A DNA stretch of 64,000 nucleotides from Puniceicoccales bacterium (GTDB lineage: Bacteria > Verrucomicrobiota > Verrucomicrobiia > Opitutales > LL51): contig JAITAG010000039.1 in assembly GCA_031284265.1 (NCBI GenBank), forward strand, positions 2,983-66,982. Direction: 5' to 3'. The stretch's first letter is position 1. Each line of letters starts with the position of its first letter. Under the pieces are notes generated by a model. The model worked only from the letters and a program-made list of their open reading frames with translations, was not told where the DNA came from and searched no databases. Both the position numbers and the translations under genes were made by a program. Shown piece by piece: positions 46,367 through 55,268 of the stretch.

Positions 46367-47554
46367 GTGTTATATCCCCATTTTAAATTTGAGATTACCC
46401 ATCGCGATGGATTAACGAAGGCGCGTTGTGGCCTATTGACGACACCCCATGGCGTTTTAGAAACACCAGCCTTTGTATTCTGTGCGACAAAGGGGGCGAT
46501 GAAATCGGTTACGATGCAGCAAATGGAAGAGGCCGGTGCAGAAATCATTTTATCCAATACCTATCACCTCCTCCTACAACCCGGTCCCAATCGCATCGCC
46601 ACACTCGGTGGACTTCATAAAATGCTACATTGGAATCGCCCAATGCTGACCGATTCCGGTGGATTTCAAATTTTTAGCCTCGGCCACGGTGGCATAACCA
46701 ACGAGATTAAGGGCAAACGCAATTGTATTATCCCCAAAACATTGCTCAATATCGACGAAATGGGAGCTCGTTTTCGCTCCTATGTCGATGGCCGCATATA
46801 CGATTTAATTCCGGAAAAATCCATTGAAGCTCAACAAAAATTAGGTGCAGATCTCATCCTTGTCTTGGATGAGTGTACGCCATTTCATAGTTCCAAACAA
46901 TATACAGAATGTTCCATGGAACGTAGCCATCGTTGGGCACTGCGCAGCTTTAACCAATTTGTCCAAAACAATGATCACCGCCAGGCACTTTATGGCATTG
47001 TTCAAGGTGGGATTTATGAGGATTTGCGCAAACGTAGCGGAAATTTTGTCGCTGAACAGGATTTTTTCGGGCAAGCTATAGGGGGGAGTTTGGGCGGAAA
47101 TAGGACACAAATGCACGATATTGTTGCCGTGACTTGCCAGCATATTCGTGAAGACCGGCCTACCCATTTACTGGGGATTGGTGGAATTTTTGACATTTGG
47201 AATGGCATTGCGAATGGAGTTGATACTTTTGATTGCGTCCATCCAACACGGTTAGCGCGGCACGGCGGCGCTCTGGTTTATCCAGAAAAAAACAATGGGA
47301 AAGAGTTTTTTAATCTTAAAAATGCGCGTTTTGCAGATGATTCGGAACCTATTGATCAAAATTGTTCATGTTATTGTTGCCAAAATTTTTCTCGCGCCTA
47401 TATTCATTATCTCTTTAAGGCGCATGAAATGCTCAGCGGGCAACTCTTAACGATCCATAACGTGGTATTCATGGTGCGTCTAGCAAGGGAAATTCGAAAT
47501 TTAATTAAGGATGGGTGTTTTAAAAAAGTGGTACATTTTTGTGGAAGATCCTAG
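46367..47554 (+). CDS. tgt: queuine tRNA-ribosyltransferase
   Basis: 'TDSGGFQIFSL', 'VLDECT' and the zinc site 'CSCYCCQNFSRAYIHYL'. GTG start. Confidence 0.9.
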   Translation: MLYPHFKFEITHRDGLTKARCGLLTTPHGVLETPAFVFCATKGAMKSVTMQQMEEAGAEIILSNTYHLLLQPGPNRIATLGGLHKMLHWNRPMLTDSGGFQIFSLGHGGITNEIKGKRNCIIPKTLLNIDEMGARFRSYVDGRIYDLIPEKSIEAQQKLGADLILVLDECTPFHSSKQYTECSMERSHRWALRSFNQFVQNNDHRQALYGIVQGGIYEDLRKRSGNFVAEQDFFGQAIGGSLGGNRTQMHDIVAVTCQHIREDRPTHLLGIGGIFDIWNGIANGVDTFDCVHPTRLARHGGALVYPEKNNGKEFFNLKNARFADDSEPIDQNCSCYCCQNFSRAYIHYLFKAHEMLSGQLLTIHNVVFMVRLAREIRNLIKDGCFKKVVHFCGRS

Positions 47555-48305
47555 ACTTAGGAAGGTCTGGAAACAGTTACGTTTGAAGCTAGCTGAAAGC
47601 TTCTCGTTTTTTCGTGTATTGTTAAGAGCTCGGCTCTTTCGCTGCATCGATTACTGCGGTGTTATTTTTAAATTTTATGTCAGAAACCGCAATTTTGCAC
47701 GGATAGACCTCGCCATCAGGGGTGAATATTGGCTGAATTCTCCATTCACAATTAGTAAACGTTATTTGCAACTTAAAGTAGAACCCGATGTGTATCAGTA
47801 CGGCGAAACGCCCCTGTTAACTATCGAAAAAATAGCCAAACAAATCCATACTACGGAACAGGATTGCATTTTCGAACTCGGCTGCGGAACGGGACGCTGC
47901 GCGTTTTGGCTTGCCTATTTTACGAAATGTCGCATCGTCGGTATTGAACAAATTCCTGATTTTGTTGATTTTTCTAATCAACTTGTCGAAAAAGATAGTT
48001 TTTTAGAAGGAAAGATTAATTTCATTCGGAACGATTTTCTCTCGACTGATCTCAATCCAGCAACGATCATCTATTGTTATGGAACTAAATTGACGAATGC
48101 ACAGATCGAGGCATTAATTCTTAATCTCGGTAAAACACAACCCGGAACAATCGTGATTACGGTTAGCTATTCCCTCAATGAAATCATTTCTACGAGTGAA
48201 AATCAGGCCGTTTTAGATAAATATTTCCCCATTATTTCAAAATTTGATGCCGAATTTTTCTGGGGGAAAACTACCGTATTTATTCAGAAAGTTCCATCCA
48301 TTTAA
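47511..48305 (+). CDS. class I SAM-dependent methyltransferase
   Basis: Motif I 'IFELGCGTGRCAFWLA'. It overlaps the tgt 3' end by 44 nt, and no later Met is available upstream of motif I. Confidence 0.65.
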   Translation: MGVLKKWYIFVEDPRLRKVWKQLRLKLAESFSFFRVLLRARLFRCIDYCGVIFKFYVRNRNFARIDLAIRGEYWLNSPFTISKRYLQLKVEPDVYQYGETPLLTIEKIAKQIHTTEQDCIFELGCGTGRCAFWLAYFTKCRIVGIEQIPDFVDFSNQLVEKDSFLEGKINFIRNDFLSTDLNPATIIYCYGTKLTNAQIEALILNLGKTQPGTIVITVSYSLNEIISTSENQAVLDKYFPIISKFDAEFFWGKTTVFIQKVPSI

Positions 48306-48310
48306 GATTG

Positions 48311-48602
48311 CCAAAGGGCTCCGCCCTCTGGACTCCCGCAAGGAGTCGTAGACTCCTTGACCTCCTTTTGCGGCCCAGCCCGGCGAAGTTTTCGCCAGGC
48401 TGGGCCGCAGGGGTAAACTTTTTTATCTTTTATTTTCCTTGGCCGAGGCTCATCGCGTATCGCCTCGGCCAAAAAGTTGTCCTAGTGGGCCTCAGATCCT
48501 TTTTCGGCCTGAGCCCTGGGCGTTTGCGGGGCTCAGGCCGAAAATCCAGGTCCAGGGGATGGATCCCTTGGCGGGGATTCTAAGGATACGTAGTCCTTAA
48601 GG
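48311..48602 (-). repeat. GC-rich hairpin-module mosaic, array 11 (near full length, reverse: E-D-C-I-L-H-A-B)
   Basis: CAAAGGGCtccGCCCTCTG; CAAGGAGTcgtagACTCCTTG; GGCCCAGCCCGGCG..CGCCAGGCTGGGCC (48372-48406); TTGGCCGAGGC..GCCTCGGCCAA; AAAGTTGTCCTAGTGGGCCTCAGAT; CGGCCTGAGCCC..GGGCTCAGGCCG (48505-48540); CCAGGGGATGGATCCCTTGG; CTAAGGAtacgtaGTCCTTAAG. Confidence 0.9.
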
Positions 48603-49085
48603 AATTTTCCAAGGAGTAAGGCGCGGGATCCAACGTGGGACGTTACGTTTGTAAGTATAGTAATCGTTTCCGAAACGTTTTTCCAGGCTCTTTTCTTCAA
48701 ATAGAAGAAAATAGAGCATATTACCCAATAAGAACAGCCCAAATAAGCCAAAGATAAGCCACGAATTGAGAAGTAAGGCTTCTGCAATTTGCATTATAAA
48801 CACACTTGTAATCATTGGATTTCGGACATAGGCATAGGGACCTTCAACGACTAATTTTTTAGGAGGATTCCAAGGAGCAGCCGTACCTTTACCCCGATGG
48901 GCAAAAAGCCACATGGTCCAAGCTGCCAACATCAGTCCTACCAGAAGGAGGAAAAAACCTAAAAGTGTCAAGAAAAAATGATTAGGGTTCCAGGAATAAT
49001 CTACGAAATAGAGGACAAGTGCAGGAATTGTTAGCAAAACATTGAGTGGCAGTATGACGATCGTTTTAATCCATTCTAAAATCAT
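48597..49085 (-). CDS. isoprenylcysteine carboxyl / phospholipid methyltransferase-family membrane protein
   Basis: Four or five TM helices. 'GPYAYVRNPMITSVFIMQIAEALLL' resembles the ICMT/PEMT family core. The TAA stop lies within module B of array 11. Confidence 0.6.
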   Translation of the reverse strand: MILEWIKTIVILPLNVLLTIPALVLYFVDYSWNPNHFFLTLLGFFLLLVGLMLAAWTMWLFAHRGKGTAAPWNPPKKLVVEGPYAYVRNPMITSVFIMQIAEALLLNSWLIFGLFGLFLLGNMLYFLLFEEKSLEKRFGNDYYTYKRNVPRWIPRLTPWKIP

Positions 49086-49199
49086 TTTGGAGCAAACGGA
49101 GGTATTATTAGTGGATTTTAAAAGTAAATCAAGTTTTTAGTGAACTTGAAGAAAAGTAAATTTATTTCCCTGGTAACGTTGGCAACGAATGAATAGTGC

Positions 49200-50066
49200 C
49201 TACTTTTCTAAAAAATACTGTCTTTGTTTTTCAGTAATTGGTAAACCAATCCGCTCCATTACCTTTAGCATATCTTCCCAAACCACTCGCTTCATCGCAT
49301 TTGTACTGTTACGCAGAAGATAGGAGGGGTGAAACGTAATCATTAGCGGAATGCCACAAAATTTGTGCCATTGGCCACGTACCGTTGACATTTTTCGGGT
49401 TTTATCGTAGCCTAATAAGCCGCTAACAGCCGTTGCTCCCAGCGCTACAATAACTTTTGGCCGAACGATTTCGACTTGTTCCATTAAATAGGGTAGGCAA
49501 AATTGCATTTCTTCCTGGGTCGGTGGACGATTGCCCGTTTCGCCATTCATTTCTGGACGCCAGTTCATAATATTGCCGATGTAAACCGTTTCCCGTGAAA
49601 GGCCCATCGCTCCGATAATTTTTGTCAGCAGCTGTCCTGCCCGGCCGACGAAGGGAATACCTTGGATTTCCTCATCGGCACCGGGAGCCTCACCGCAAAA
49701 GAAAATTTCCGCTTCCAGATTGCCTACGCCAAAAACTAAATTTTTTCCCGGTCGAACATGCTTTTTTAAATCCTCATTACCTAAGACACGTTCGCGTAAA
49801 TCTTCCCAATGTTCCCGTTTACTGGCAAAAACTTTTTTTGAAATAGAGAATTGTTCCAAATTTTCCATTTTACCATTTTCTTTGCCTAAGACATTAGGTA
49901 CCGGATCAAGAATAGTGAGAGACGTATTCCTTTTAATGGCAATTTTTTCGCATATAATCGGACCTTTTTCTAGGAACGCGAAATTTTCCACACCAATGGG
50001 AATGGTCATTTGGCCCTGATTTTGGAACTCTTCCAAAGCTTTGATCAATACATCTACGAGACGCAT
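49200..50066 (-). CDS. uracil-DNA glycosylase, family 4, with N-terminal extension
   Basis: 'GEAPGADEE', '[10 protein letters not shown]' and 'HPSYLLRN'. The ORF opens at 50402 but that would overlap yraN, so the start is set at 'MRLVDVL' (50066). The true start is uncertain. Confidence 0.7.
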   Translation of the reverse strand: MRLVDVLIKALEEFQNQGQMTIPIGVENFAFLEKGPIICEKIAIKRNTSLTILDPVPNVLGKENGKMENLEQFSISKKVFASKREHWEDLRERVLGNEDLKKHVRPGKNLVFGVGNLEAEIFFCGEAPGADEEIQGIPFVGRAGQLLTKIIGAMGLSRETVYIGNIMNWRPEMNGETGNRPPTQEEMQFCLPYLMEQVEIVRPKVIVALGATAVSGLLGYDKTRKMSTVRGQWHKFCGIPLMITFHPSYLLRNSTNAMKRVVWEDMLKVMERIGLPITEKQRQYFLEK

Positions 50067-50127
50067 CACCTTTTTTGGAATAGGATAAAAGTTATGGCTG
50101 TAAATGCATTTTATTATATTATAGAAA

Positions 50128-50520
50128 TCAAAAAAACGGGATATTCTCATAGTGAAAAATTTCAAAATTTTTTTCATCATAGGCGATTTCGATGATGTCA
50201 AAACGAAAATATTGCAAATAATTCTGACTAATATATGCTTGTAGAACAGGTTTGAGGGCATTTTTTTTCTTCTTTGTAACCGAAAAATAACCGGAAACGA
50301 GAGCGTCTTTTTGTCGCGTGCGTACCTCAACGAACACGGTAACCTCACCATCCTGAGCGATGACATCGATTTCGCCATTTTTATGGTGCCAATTTTTCTC
50401 AAGAATTTTATATTTTTTCTTTTTCTTTAAAAAATTTACCGCCAATTTTTCTCCCTCACTCCCAGTTTCCTGTTTTTGTGTCGACATTGCTTTTGGGAAA
50501 AATTCTACAAAAAAACCCAT
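50128..50520 (-). CDS. yraN: YraN-family (UPF0102) endonuclease-like protein
   Basis: 'GEKLAVNFLKKK.YKILEKNW....GEIDVIAQDGEVTVFVEVRTR' matches the YraN pattern. Confidence 0.75.
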   Translation of the reverse strand: MGFFVEFFPKAMSTQKQETGSEGEKLAVNFLKKKKKYKILEKNWHHKNGEIDVIAQDGEVTVFVEVRTRQKDALVSGYFSVTKKKKNALKPVLQAYISQNYLQYFRFDIIEIAYDEKNFEIFHYENIPFF

Positions 50521-50917
50521 AATTTAAAATTTAAAAATATGATCGATTCTATAATTTATGATAAAAACTTTTCATTATATCTTCGTCTTTTTAAATTCAT
50601 AAGTCATGTCAATACCCAAGATATATAAAATCTTCCCCGCAATATTGGAGTCTTATCGTGTAAAACTATTTTTGCTGTATTTACATGTCATTCATAATTT
50701 ATCGAAAGCAATTACTTGTATCATAGTCTTCCACGCATGGGTTAGCTTATGAAATAAACATTCATTAGACCATTTAGAGAAAAGGCATAATATTTCAATC
50801 CATGGCTTTTAAGCCATAGAATAGTAAATTGAGTATCCCAATTGTTACGACAAATTCAACAGTGGGTGTTGAGGTATCTTACTACTCGGAATGATAAATA
50901 TTTAATTTTTTTCATTC

Positions 50918-51014
50918 GGAGCCGGGGATGAGATTCGAACTCACGACCCACGCATTACGAATGCGTTGCTCTACCAGCTGAGCTACCCCGGCAAAATTTA
51001 TCGGAATTTATATT
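50918..51014 (-). repeat. 97-bp perfect direct repeat, copy 1 (entire tRNA-Thr-CGT plus 22 nt of its 5' flank)
   Basis: Identical base for base to 53641-53737 (GGAGCCGGGGATGAG...GGCAAAATTTATCGGAATTTATATT). Confidence 0.95.
50920..50992 (-). tRNA. tRNA-Thr (CGT), copy 1
   Basis: The reverse complement folds with acceptor GCCGGGG/CCCCGGC, anticodon arm ACGCA-TTCGTAA-TGCGT and T-arm GTGAG-TTCGAAT-CTCAT. CCA is not encoded. Confidence 0.9.
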
Positions 51015-51381
51015 GGCCAATAAAGCAAAATCTTTTATGGAATATGCGGTTATTCCGATGGTGAAGAGTGCGGTCTGTTCTAAATTATTGGAATTGGTTC
51101 CGGATAATAAAGTGTGCGACGAATTTTTGGAAGCGCTGGAAAATAGGAATTCAAACATCTGGAAATGCTTAGAATTTATAGTTGCATACAACATAAATAA
51201 TTTTATAAAAGATTGCCTTAAAGCAAAGTTGAATCCTGATTCGCCTATTGAAAAATTTACGGAAGGTCTAACAGGAATTCTAACGAAACCTGTATTCGAT
51301 GCATTCAACGTAGGAGACGATAAATGGTTGGAGCTGGATTTCTTATTATGTGATTATATCCAGGAGAGTCCCCATCTCTAA
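51013..51381 (+). CDS. hypothetical protein (no recognisable family)
   Basis: 122-aa ORF starting at TTG 51013 or ATG 51037, at the edge of the tRNA repeat. No motif recognised. Confidence 0.35.
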   Translation: MANKAKSFMEYAVIPMVKSAVCSKLLELVPDNKVCDEFLEALENRNSNIWKCLEFIVAYNINNFIKDCLKAKLNPDSPIEKFTEGLTGILTKPVFDAFNVGDDKWLELDFLLCDYIQESPHL

Positions 51382-51668
51382 TATCAGCAGGCAAAGTTAG
51401 AGATTTGAGGGGTTTTTGCGCAATAGTACTCAAAGTTTTGTATGATAGAAACGTACGAGAATTGCTTTCTAATTTTTATGATAGGACTTTGTCAGTTGTT
51501 TTGAATATGGCCGCTAAAATACGTAATTCTCTAAAAATGAAAAACCAGCGTTAAAGGAAATCTTTAGGAAAATACCATAAATATAGCTTTTCGGTAGCGG
51601 AAATTATGTAAAAGTAGTAAAAATTTTGACGTAATTAAAAAAATTGATAAAATGGCCAACTAAACTGC

Positions 51669-53048
51669 TTATTCGCCTTGTTTTCCATTGAAAAATAACG
51701 CCGTTTCTTCCACAATTACTTTCCTCAAGCCGATCAATCCGGTAAGATTGGCAATGGCCATTAATCCCGTTGCAATATCCGCTATGGTAAATATGATATC
51801 AATTTTAAAAAATGGACCGATAATGACAAAAAAAAGAAACAGAATTTTGTATGCGGCAATTGCTCCCGTTCCCCAAAGATACTGGACACACTTTTCGCCA
51901 TAATAATTCCATCCGATAATTGTAGTAAAGGCAAAAAATAGGATACCCAAATCGACGACATACTTTCCCAATGTGGCATTTTTCAGTCCCAATCCGAAGG
52001 CATGGGAAGTAATAAGCGCCCCATCGATGGTATATTGGGGTGTAAAAATAGCGGTTTCTTTCGATGTAATGATGAGCACAAGGGCAGTCATCGTACAAAC
52101 GATAATGGAAAAAAATGCCCCTATCATGGAAACTAATCCCTGTTTTACGGGGGAATCGGTTTTGGCCGCTGCGGCAGCGATGGCAGCGCTACCCAAGCCC
52201 GATTCATGGGAAAATATGCCGCGGCTTATTCCCAATTTCATCGTCGTCATAAATGTGATGCCCATGCTGCCACCGAGAATAGCTTCCGGAGAAAATGCTC
52301 CGCGTACGATGAGATAGATCGCGTGGGGGATTAAATTTGCTTTCATGATGAGTAAAACGATGGCTGCGCCGATATAAAAAATACTCATGAATGGGACTAT
52401 TTTTTCCGAAACGTAGGCGATCCGCTGTATGCCGCCAATGGTAACCACGGCAACAATGATCCCCAAAAGTATGGCCGTTAAAACTAGGGGAATGCCTAGG
52501 GAATTGGCGGCAGCGGCGGCTATGGAATTACTTTGTGTCCACGTACCAATGCCGATGAGGGCCGTACCCATTCCGAAGAATGCAAATAATTTAGCCAGCC
52601 ATTTGTTTCCCAATCCCATTTCGATGTAGTACATGGGGCCACCGGCGATTTTGCCATCGCTACCCATTTGGCGGTACTTGATCGCCAGCAAGCCTTCGGC
52701 GTATTTCGCAGCCATTCCGAAGAAAGCGGCTATCCACATCCAAAATATGGCTCCCGGTCCTCCCGTTGTGACGGCCAACGCGACACCGACGATATTTCCC
52801 GTTCCCAGCGTTGCCGATAGGGCCGCACAAAAGGAAGCAAAATTAGAAATATCGCCTTTGCCATCCTGGTATTTTTTGCCATCAATGACATATTTTATAG
52901 CCAATTTCAAGCGGGAAATTTGTAAAAATTTCAATTTAAAGGAAAAATAGATACTGATGCCGAGAAGAGCCGTAATCAGAGGGAGCCCCCAAATGGTACG
53001 ATTGATGGCCATCACAAGGTCATGGATTATTTCTGAGTAGTTGTTCAT
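51669..53048 (-). CDS. alanine/glycine:cation symporter (AGCS family)
   Basis: About 11 TM helices. 'GPGAIFWMWIAAFFGMAAKYAEGLLAIKYR' and 'GISRGIFSHESGLGSAAIAAAAAKT' are typical AGCS blocks. Confidence 0.85.
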   Translation of the reverse strand: MNNYSEIIHDLVMAINRTIWGLPLITALLGISIYFSFKLKFLQISRLKLAIKYVIDGKKYQDGKGDISNFASFCAALSATLGTGNIVGVALAVTTGGPGAIFWMWIAAFFGMAAKYAEGLLAIKYRQMGSDGKIAGGPMYYIEMGLGNKWLAKLFAFFGMGTALIGIGTWTQSNSIAAAAANSLGIPLVLTAILLGIIVAVVTIGGIQRIAYVSEKIVPFMSIFYIGAAIVLLIMKANLIPHAIYLIVRGAFSPEAILGGSMGITFMTTMKLGISRGIFSHESGLGSAAIAAAAAKTDSPVKQGLVSMIGAFFSIIVCTMTALVLIITSKETAIFTPQYTIDGALITSHAFGLGLKNATLGKYVVDLGILFFAFTTIIGWNYYGEKCVQYLWGTGAIAAYKILFLFFVIIGPFFKIDIIFTIADIATGLMAIANLTGLIGLRKVIVEETALFFNGKQGE

Positions 53049-53243
53049 CTATTTATTTCACCTTCCGGCTGAACCTTTAAGTATTTTTATAAAAAAACAA
53101 GTATTTTTCGGGATAGATTCGGAGTTCACGGAAGATTGCGAATCGGGCATAACCATTGGAAACGGACCGCTTCCAAACTTTTTTTTGTACTAAAACAAAA
53201 TTGGAAGCAACAATGAAACATCAAAACAAGTAAATTATCGCCA

Positions 53244-53609
53244 TTGCGGACGAATGATCAAAAGAACAAATTAAGAGGTATAGATATACTCATCTGTCCC
53301 CATCACAGCAGTATGAGTGAAAACTCCTACCGCTGGCGAGGAGAATTAAATCGCCTAAGAACGATTTCCATTACTTCAAGTGATCCTCGAAGTGGTGAAA
53401 GCAATATTCCAGAACGATCGTTTATGTTTGATGCAATGGCGTTGTTCGATAATAATAGGAGATACCCACACCGAGTCACCTGGTATTCAAAATTGCGTAA
53501 AAGGGTTTGGGAGTACCAAACGGATACCTGGATGTTTTGTAATGTCCTGTACGGATATAGCCTATCACGTAAAGATAGACGAGGGTGGCGACATTTATAT
53601 GATTCCTAG
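53244..53609 (+). CDS. hypothetical ORF of doubtful coding status
   Basis: 121-aa ORF that is W/R-rich with no motif and no obvious RBS. It ends 34 nt before the second tRNA-Thr copy. Confidence 0.2.
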   Translation: MRTNDQKNKLRGIDILICPHHSSMSENSYRWRGELNRLRTISITSSDPRSGESNIPERSFMFDAMALFDNNRRYPHRVTWYSKLRKRVWEYQTDTWMFCNVLYGYSLSRKDRRGWRHLYDS

Positions 53610-53640
53610 AGGTGGGTCTTGGCGATAATTGACGTTATCT

Positions 53641-53737
53641 GGAGCCGGGGATGAGATTCGAACTCACGACCCACGCATTACGAATGCGTTGCTCTACCAG
53701 CTGAGCTACCCCGGCAAAATTTATCGGAATTTATATT
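53641..53737 (-). repeat. 97-bp perfect direct repeat, copy 2
   Basis: Identical to 50918-51014. Confidence 0.95.
53643..53715 (-). tRNA. tRNA-Thr (CGT), copy 2
   Basis: Sequence identical to 50920-50992. Confidence 0.9.
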
Positions 53738-53814
53738 TCCTAAAAAATTGCAAAATTCCCAATCTCGTGGACAATTTTCATCTAAAAAAATCCAAATTCA
53801 CTGTAAAATAACGG

Positions 53815-53887
53815 AGCCGACTGTCAGACTTGAACTGACGACCGTCCGCTTACAAGGCGGGTGCTCTACCAGCTGAGCTAAGTCGGC
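53815..53887 (-). tRNA. tRNA-Thr (TGT)
   Basis: The reverse complement GCCGACTTAGCTCAGCTGGTAGAGCACCCGCCTTGTAAGCGGACGGTCGTCAGTTCAAGTCTGACAGTCGGCT has the anticodon loop CTTGTAA. Confidence 0.85.
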
Positions 53888-53889
53888 AA

Positions 53890-53964
53890 TGGTGGGTCGA
53901 CTGGGATTCGAACCCAGAACCAATGGCTTAAAAGGCCACTGCTCTACCGTTGAGCTACCAACCC
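53890..53964 (-). tRNA. tRNA-Lys (TTT)
   Basis: The reverse complement folds with acceptor GGGTTGG/TCGACCC (two G-U pairs), anticodon arm GTGGC-CTTTTAA-GCCAT and T-arm CTGGG-TTCGAAT-CCCAG. CCA is encoded. Confidence 0.85.
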
Positions 53965-54144
53965 CAACCCGTCCTAGCACGCTAATCGGCCAAATCTGTC
54001 TGTCAACTTCCTTCTCAATGAATTTTAGCAGTAATATGCTAAAGATCCTCCTTTATCGGACATTTTCTGATTCGATCCAGTTCTCCGAAATGACCTTTGA
54101 ATTTCAAATTTTTGAATTTTTAATTTGAAAATCTTCCCTACCCA

Positions 54145-54921
54145 TCACTTTCTCAGCCGATCGCCGTAGATCGTCAGTGCCAGCATAATTAAAATAAATA
54201 CTCCCGAAGGAAAAATGACCTGCCAAGGCGAGGTTGTCATAAAATTCGCACCCTCCGCAATTAAAATCCCTAACGAACTCTTCGGCGGCTGTATGCCAAT
54301 TCCCAAAAAACTCAAAAATGATTCCAATGCAATTACCCCCGGTAATGTGATGATAAAACAAACAGTAATTATTCCCATAATATTAGGTAATACGTGCTTC
54401 CACATAATCTTTGCTTCCTCTTCCCCTAATCCTCTCGCTACTTGAATATAGCCGCTCTCTTTTATCTTTAATACCTCCGCACGGATAATCCGTGCCGTTG
54501 TCATCCATTCCACGATGCTGATCGCAAAAAATAAGACACAAACATGTTTCCCAAAAACCATCATGAGTAAAATAACGATGAGTGTCAAAGGAATGGGATA
54601 TAAAATATCTACCATGCGCATCAGTATTGAATCAATCTTACCTCCATAATATCCTGCAGTCATCCCGTAAATAACCCCAAAGCTGACTGTCAATAATGTC
54701 GTCAAAAGGCCAATCGATAGCGAAATGTAACAGGCATAAATGACGCGGGAAAACAAGTCCCTACCCAATCGATCCGTGCCAAACCAATGATCCCAATTGG
54801 GCGCCGTAGTCCCCAATGTGATATTTTGTTGATAGTAAGGATAGCGATAAGCCCCTACAAATGCCATTAACATAACGAAAATAAAACAAAAAATATACCT
54901 TAAGAAGTGTTCCCTTTTCAC
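54145..54921 (-). CDS. ABC transporter permease, OppC/DppC family (no partner genes adjacent)
   Basis: 'WFGTDRLGRDLFSRVIYA' and the EAA-like loop 'YIQVARGLGEEEAKIMWKHVLPN'. Six TM helices. Confidence 0.8.
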   Translation of the reverse strand: MKREHFLRYIFCFIFVMLMAFVGAYRYPYYQQNITLGTTAPNWDHWFGTDRLGRDLFSRVIYACYISLSIGLLTTLLTVSFGVIYGMTAGYYGGKIDSILMRMVDILYPIPLTLIVILLMMVFGKHVCVLFFAISIVEWMTTARIIRAEVLKIKESGYIQVARGLGEEEAKIMWKHVLPNIMGIITVCFIITLPGVIALESFLSFLGIGIQPPKSSLGILIAEGANFMTTSPWQVIFPSGVFILIMLALTIYGDRLRK

Positions 54922-54971
54922 AAAAAAAGAGTTTAACTTCCTAAAAGTTTCATGATTACTGTCAACTTCAA

Positions 54972-55166
54972 AGTCAGGTGAAGAATTCGCCTGACTGGGC
55001 CGCAGAGGTAAGAACTTTTATTTTTCTTGGCCGAGGCTTTGCCACAGGCGGGGCCTCCGGACCATGTTCTGGCCTTGTCCCCGGGCGTTACCCAAGGACA
55101 AGGCCAGAACCCCAGGTCCAGGGGATGGATCCTCTGGCGGGGATCCAAGGGCGAGAAGCCCTTGGG
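54972..55166 (-). repeat. GC-rich hairpin-module mosaic, array 12 (C-I-H-A-B, partly degenerate)
   Basis: GTCAGGtGaagaattCGCCTGAC; TTGGCCGAGGC...; GGCCTTGTCC..GGACAAGGCC (55071-55105); CCAGGGGATGGATCCTCTGG; CCAAGGGCgagaaGCCCTTGG. Confidence 0.85.
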
Positions 55167-55268
55167 CAGGAATCTCATGGCTGAGGACGAATGGAGAAGG
55201 ATTCTTCCTTTCCCAGACCATCATTAAAATAATGCTTTACGGTATACCAATTTTGTTAGCATCGTCAC

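Noticed and set aside
53156-53190. Apparent plus-strand terminator (TTGGAA-n9-TTCCAA followed by T9) upstream of the AGCS symporter; also considered as a glycine-riboswitch region.
   Set aside because: The stem is only 6 AT-rich bp, no plus-strand gene ends there, and I could not find glycine-riboswitch core motifs on the minus strand.
50993-53642. Calling the tRNA-Thr-flanked segment a classical integrative genomic island or prophage remnant.
   Set aside because: No integrase, recombinase or phage-like gene is present. The repeat covers the entire tRNA plus its 5' flank rather than a 3' att core. It is reported only as an unusual duplication/insertion.
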